Both the position numbers and the translations under genes were made by a program. The notes under the pieces were generated by a model. That model did not search any database, had not been told where the DNA came from, and saw only the letters and a program-made list of their open reading frames with translations. Shown piece by piece: positions 61,916 through 64,000 of a stretch of DNA of 64,000 nucleotides (position 1 is its first letter; each line of letters opens with the position of its first letter). The stretch lies in assembly GCA_037308085.1 (NCBI GenBank), contig CP147779.1, positions 2,720,001-2,784,000 of the forward strand, read 5' to 3'. The stretch comes from Promethearchaeati archaeon SRVP18_Atabeyarchaeia-1. Lineage in GTDB: Archaea > Asgardarchaeota > Atabeyarchaeia > Atabeyarchaeales > Atabeyarchaeaceae.

Positions 61916-63361
61916 TTGGTGATTTACTTGGAGGGGCGCCACATCGAGGACATAGCCGAACTAGTTTTGGAAAAGGCGTCAAAGCTGGGAGCATCTTATT
62001 GTGAGGCAAGGACTGAGGCTCTGACAAATGAGACCATAAATGTTGAAGGTAGTCTTCTGAAATCAAGCTACAATTACTTTGCCACCGGCACAGGAATCAG
62101 GGTAATTGCCGGAGGAGCTTGGGGCTTCTCTTCTGCGACAAGTCTTGATGCCCCCAGTGTCGAAGATGCCGTTACTGCTGCTGTTCGAATAGGGAAAGCA
62201 GCAGGTAGCCGACGGAAGAAACCAGTAATGTTGCGCAAAGTCAAACCAGTACGAGAAGATGTAGCAACCAATGTCGAAGAAGAATTCGGAAACATAAGCT
62301 TGAAGGAGAAGGTGGAATCACTCGTCGAGTGCAATAAGAGACTCAAGGCTTCAGACGATGTGATGAAGACGGTAGCGACTTTGGTATTGGTTCAGAGCCA
62401 GAAGTTCATCGCGACATCCGAAGGATCGAAAGTCAGATTCAAGCACTCCATGGCCTTTGGAAGCATGTCGGCCTTCGCCTCAAGCTCAGGCGTATCAGAG
62501 GCGGCAAGTGTAGAGTTTGGCGGATCTGGTGGCTACGAGATGGTTGAGCCTAGCTGCCTCATCGAATTATCACAGGACGTTGGGCAAAGGGTTACGCGTC
62601 TACTCAAGGCGAAAGCATGCCCGAACATGGGGAGAACACAGGTAATCATGGATCCAACGTACGTCGCTCTCCTCGTTCATGAGATCATCGGGCATCCCTC
62701 TGAAGCCGACAGGGTCTTAGGCTGGGAGAATGCGTGGGGCGGTGGTGCATGGTGGCAAGGAATGCTCGGGCAGCAGGTTGGATCCAGGGTTCTCAACGCT
62801 GTCGATGAGGGCAGTGTCAAAGGAGCGCTTGGATACACGCCTTATGATGATGAAGCTGTTAGGTGTGACAGGAACTACTTGATCAAAGAAGGCAAGCTAG
62901 TCGGGCATATTCAGTCAAGGCAGACTGCCGAGGAATTCGGTACCGATGCGAAAGGAGGGGTAAGATCCTTCTCTTTCTGTAATGCACCGCTCATCAGAAT
63001 GACAAACACATATATCCTTGGGGGAGACTGGAGCGAAGAAGAGATACTAGAGGAGACTAAGAGCGGGATACTTGTGCAACACTACGTCGCGCCCTCAATA
63101 GATGATAGGCGCTATAGGTGGGCAGTTACCCCACAGGAAGCATTTTTGGTGGAGAACGGCGAGGTTACCGAGTCGTATAGAGGAGCAGTTGTCATGGGAG
63201 TCGCACCTGAATTTTTCAAATCAATTGATGCAGTGGGTCGCGATGTGAGCATACTTCCATTGGCAGGATGCGGGAAAGGCGACCCTGAACAACTTATATG
63301 TGTCGGCAACGGAGGCCCAACTCTGCGCGGTACGGCTAGTGTGGTTGGGAGGGGTGAATAA
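61916..63361 (+). CDS. tldD: TldD family metalloprotease
   Basis: G.GIRV...GAWGF, HEIIGHPSEAD (HExxGH), YDDE, RMTNT, CGKG, GGP. Confidence 0.93.
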   Translation: MVIYLEGRHIEDIAELVLEKASKLGASYCEARTEALTNETINVEGSLLKSSYNYFATGTGIRVIAGGAWGFSSATSLDAPSVEDAVTAAVRIGKAAGSRRKKPVMLRKVKPVREDVATNVEEEFGNISLKEKVESLVECNKRLKASDDVMKTVATLVLVQSQKFIATSEGSKVRFKHSMAFGSMSAFASSSGVSEAASVEFGGSGGYEMVEPSCLIELSQDVGQRVTRLLKAKACPNMGRTQVIMDPTYVALLVHEIIGHPSEADRVLGWENAWGGGAWWQGMLGQQVGSRVLNAVDEGSVKGALGYTPYDDEAVRCDRNYLIKEGKLVGHIQSRQTAEEFGTDAKGGVRSFSFCNAPLIRMTNTYILGGDWSEEEILEETKSGILVQHYVAPSIDDRRYRWAVTPQEAFLVENGEVTESYRGAVVMGVAPEFFKSIDAVGRDVSILPLAGCGKGDPEQLICVGNGGPTLRGTASVVGRGE

Positions 63362-63367
63362 AGGGAA

Positions 63368-64000
63368 TTGAGCCCAAGTACTAGTCTGCATGATTTCGCG
63401 GAGAGGGCTTTCGCCGACCTATCAAGAAGCAGCGAAGCTGACCAGCTTGAGGTCTACTGTTCGTCGAACAAGATAGCAGGACTTCGAATTGTGAACAACG
63501 AGCTACATGAGTCGAAGCTAGTTGTGGATTCGGGCCTGGGTGTACGAGTCGTCAAGAATGGCTTCATAGGATATGCCTCGCTGGCCACCTTGTCTATCAA
63601 TGGCGCCAGAGAAGCCTACGAGTGGGCGCTCAAAGTCGCTAAGATGGGAATGGGTGAAAGAGAGAACGTAGACTTCGCAAAGCCTTCGGTTGGTGGCAAA
63701 ATGACTTCGACAAGCTTCCTGGATGGAAAACTTGAGGGATTACAGGGTGAAGAGCTGGCAGAGCTTGGAAAGAGAATGACTTCCCCAGCCTTGTCTCATG
63801 ATAACCGCATCTATGATTGCTCGGGCTCGATAACTATAGTGAGTTACGAATTCAGCGTGATGAACTCGAATGGCATAAACGCGAGCGACAAGGGAGGGTA
63901 CGCCTACGCCACCCTCACCTCGATGTCCAAAGACGGTGAGCACTCATCCCAAGGCTTCGACACACTCGTCACTAAGAAGTATTCTAGCTTGGTGGACGGG
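63368..64000 (+). CDS. pmbA: Partial PmbA/TldE family protein (runs off window end)
   Basis: TTG 63368: MSPSTSLHDFAERAF...DQLEVYC...GLGVRVVKNG.IGYAS...NSNGI; follows tldD. Confidence 0.82.
   Translation, partial: MSPSTSLHDFAERAFADLSRSSEADQLEVYCSSNKIAGLRIVNNELHESKLVVDSGLGVRVVKNGFIGYASLATLSINGAREAYEWALKVAKMGMGERENVDFAKPSVGGKMTSTSFLDGKLEGLQGEELAELGKRMTSPALSHDNRIYDCSGSITIVSYEFSVMNSNGINASDKGGYAYATLTSMSKDGEHSSQGFDTLVTKKYSSLVDG

Overview
Archaeal chromosomal window of roughly 50% GC with GGTGA/GGAG Shine-Dalgarno motifs and many TTG/GTG starts. It is most likely from an Asgard archaeon (inference): it carries three Rab-like small GTPases without prenylation tails, a two-domain arrestin-fold protein, a stand-alone V4R pair, a PH-like protein and an archaeal TyrRS. 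Housekeeping and metabolic genes include HtrA, IscU, ThiF/MoeB, UbiX, a LeuCD/HacAB-type aconitase, PPDK, a four-subunit pyruvate:ferredoxin oxidoreductase, TyrRS, SufT, IlvD, an IPM/homocitrate-synthase-family enzyme and TldD/PmbA. Highlights: (1) a 379-aa LAGLIDADG intein inserted in IscU directly before the first Fe-S-ligating Cys; (2) an arrestin/Vps26-like gene near two Rab-like GTPases; (3) an uncharacterised catabolic cluster at about 39.5-53.7 kb (two Gfo/Idh/MocA, IlvD, FAH, BKACE, SDR, an atypical M24 hydrolase and an IolD-like ThDP enzyme); (4) a ~3-kb toxin-antitoxin/IS605 graveyard inside that cluster, with two TnpB-type right ends; (5) apparent ATT, ATA and CTG start codons; (6) two intergenic, strongly base-paired candidate ncRNAs; (7) a bacterial-TDC-like decarboxylase next to tyrS. 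No rRNA, tRNA or CRISPR array was seen. All calls come from motif recognition by eye; no searches were run.
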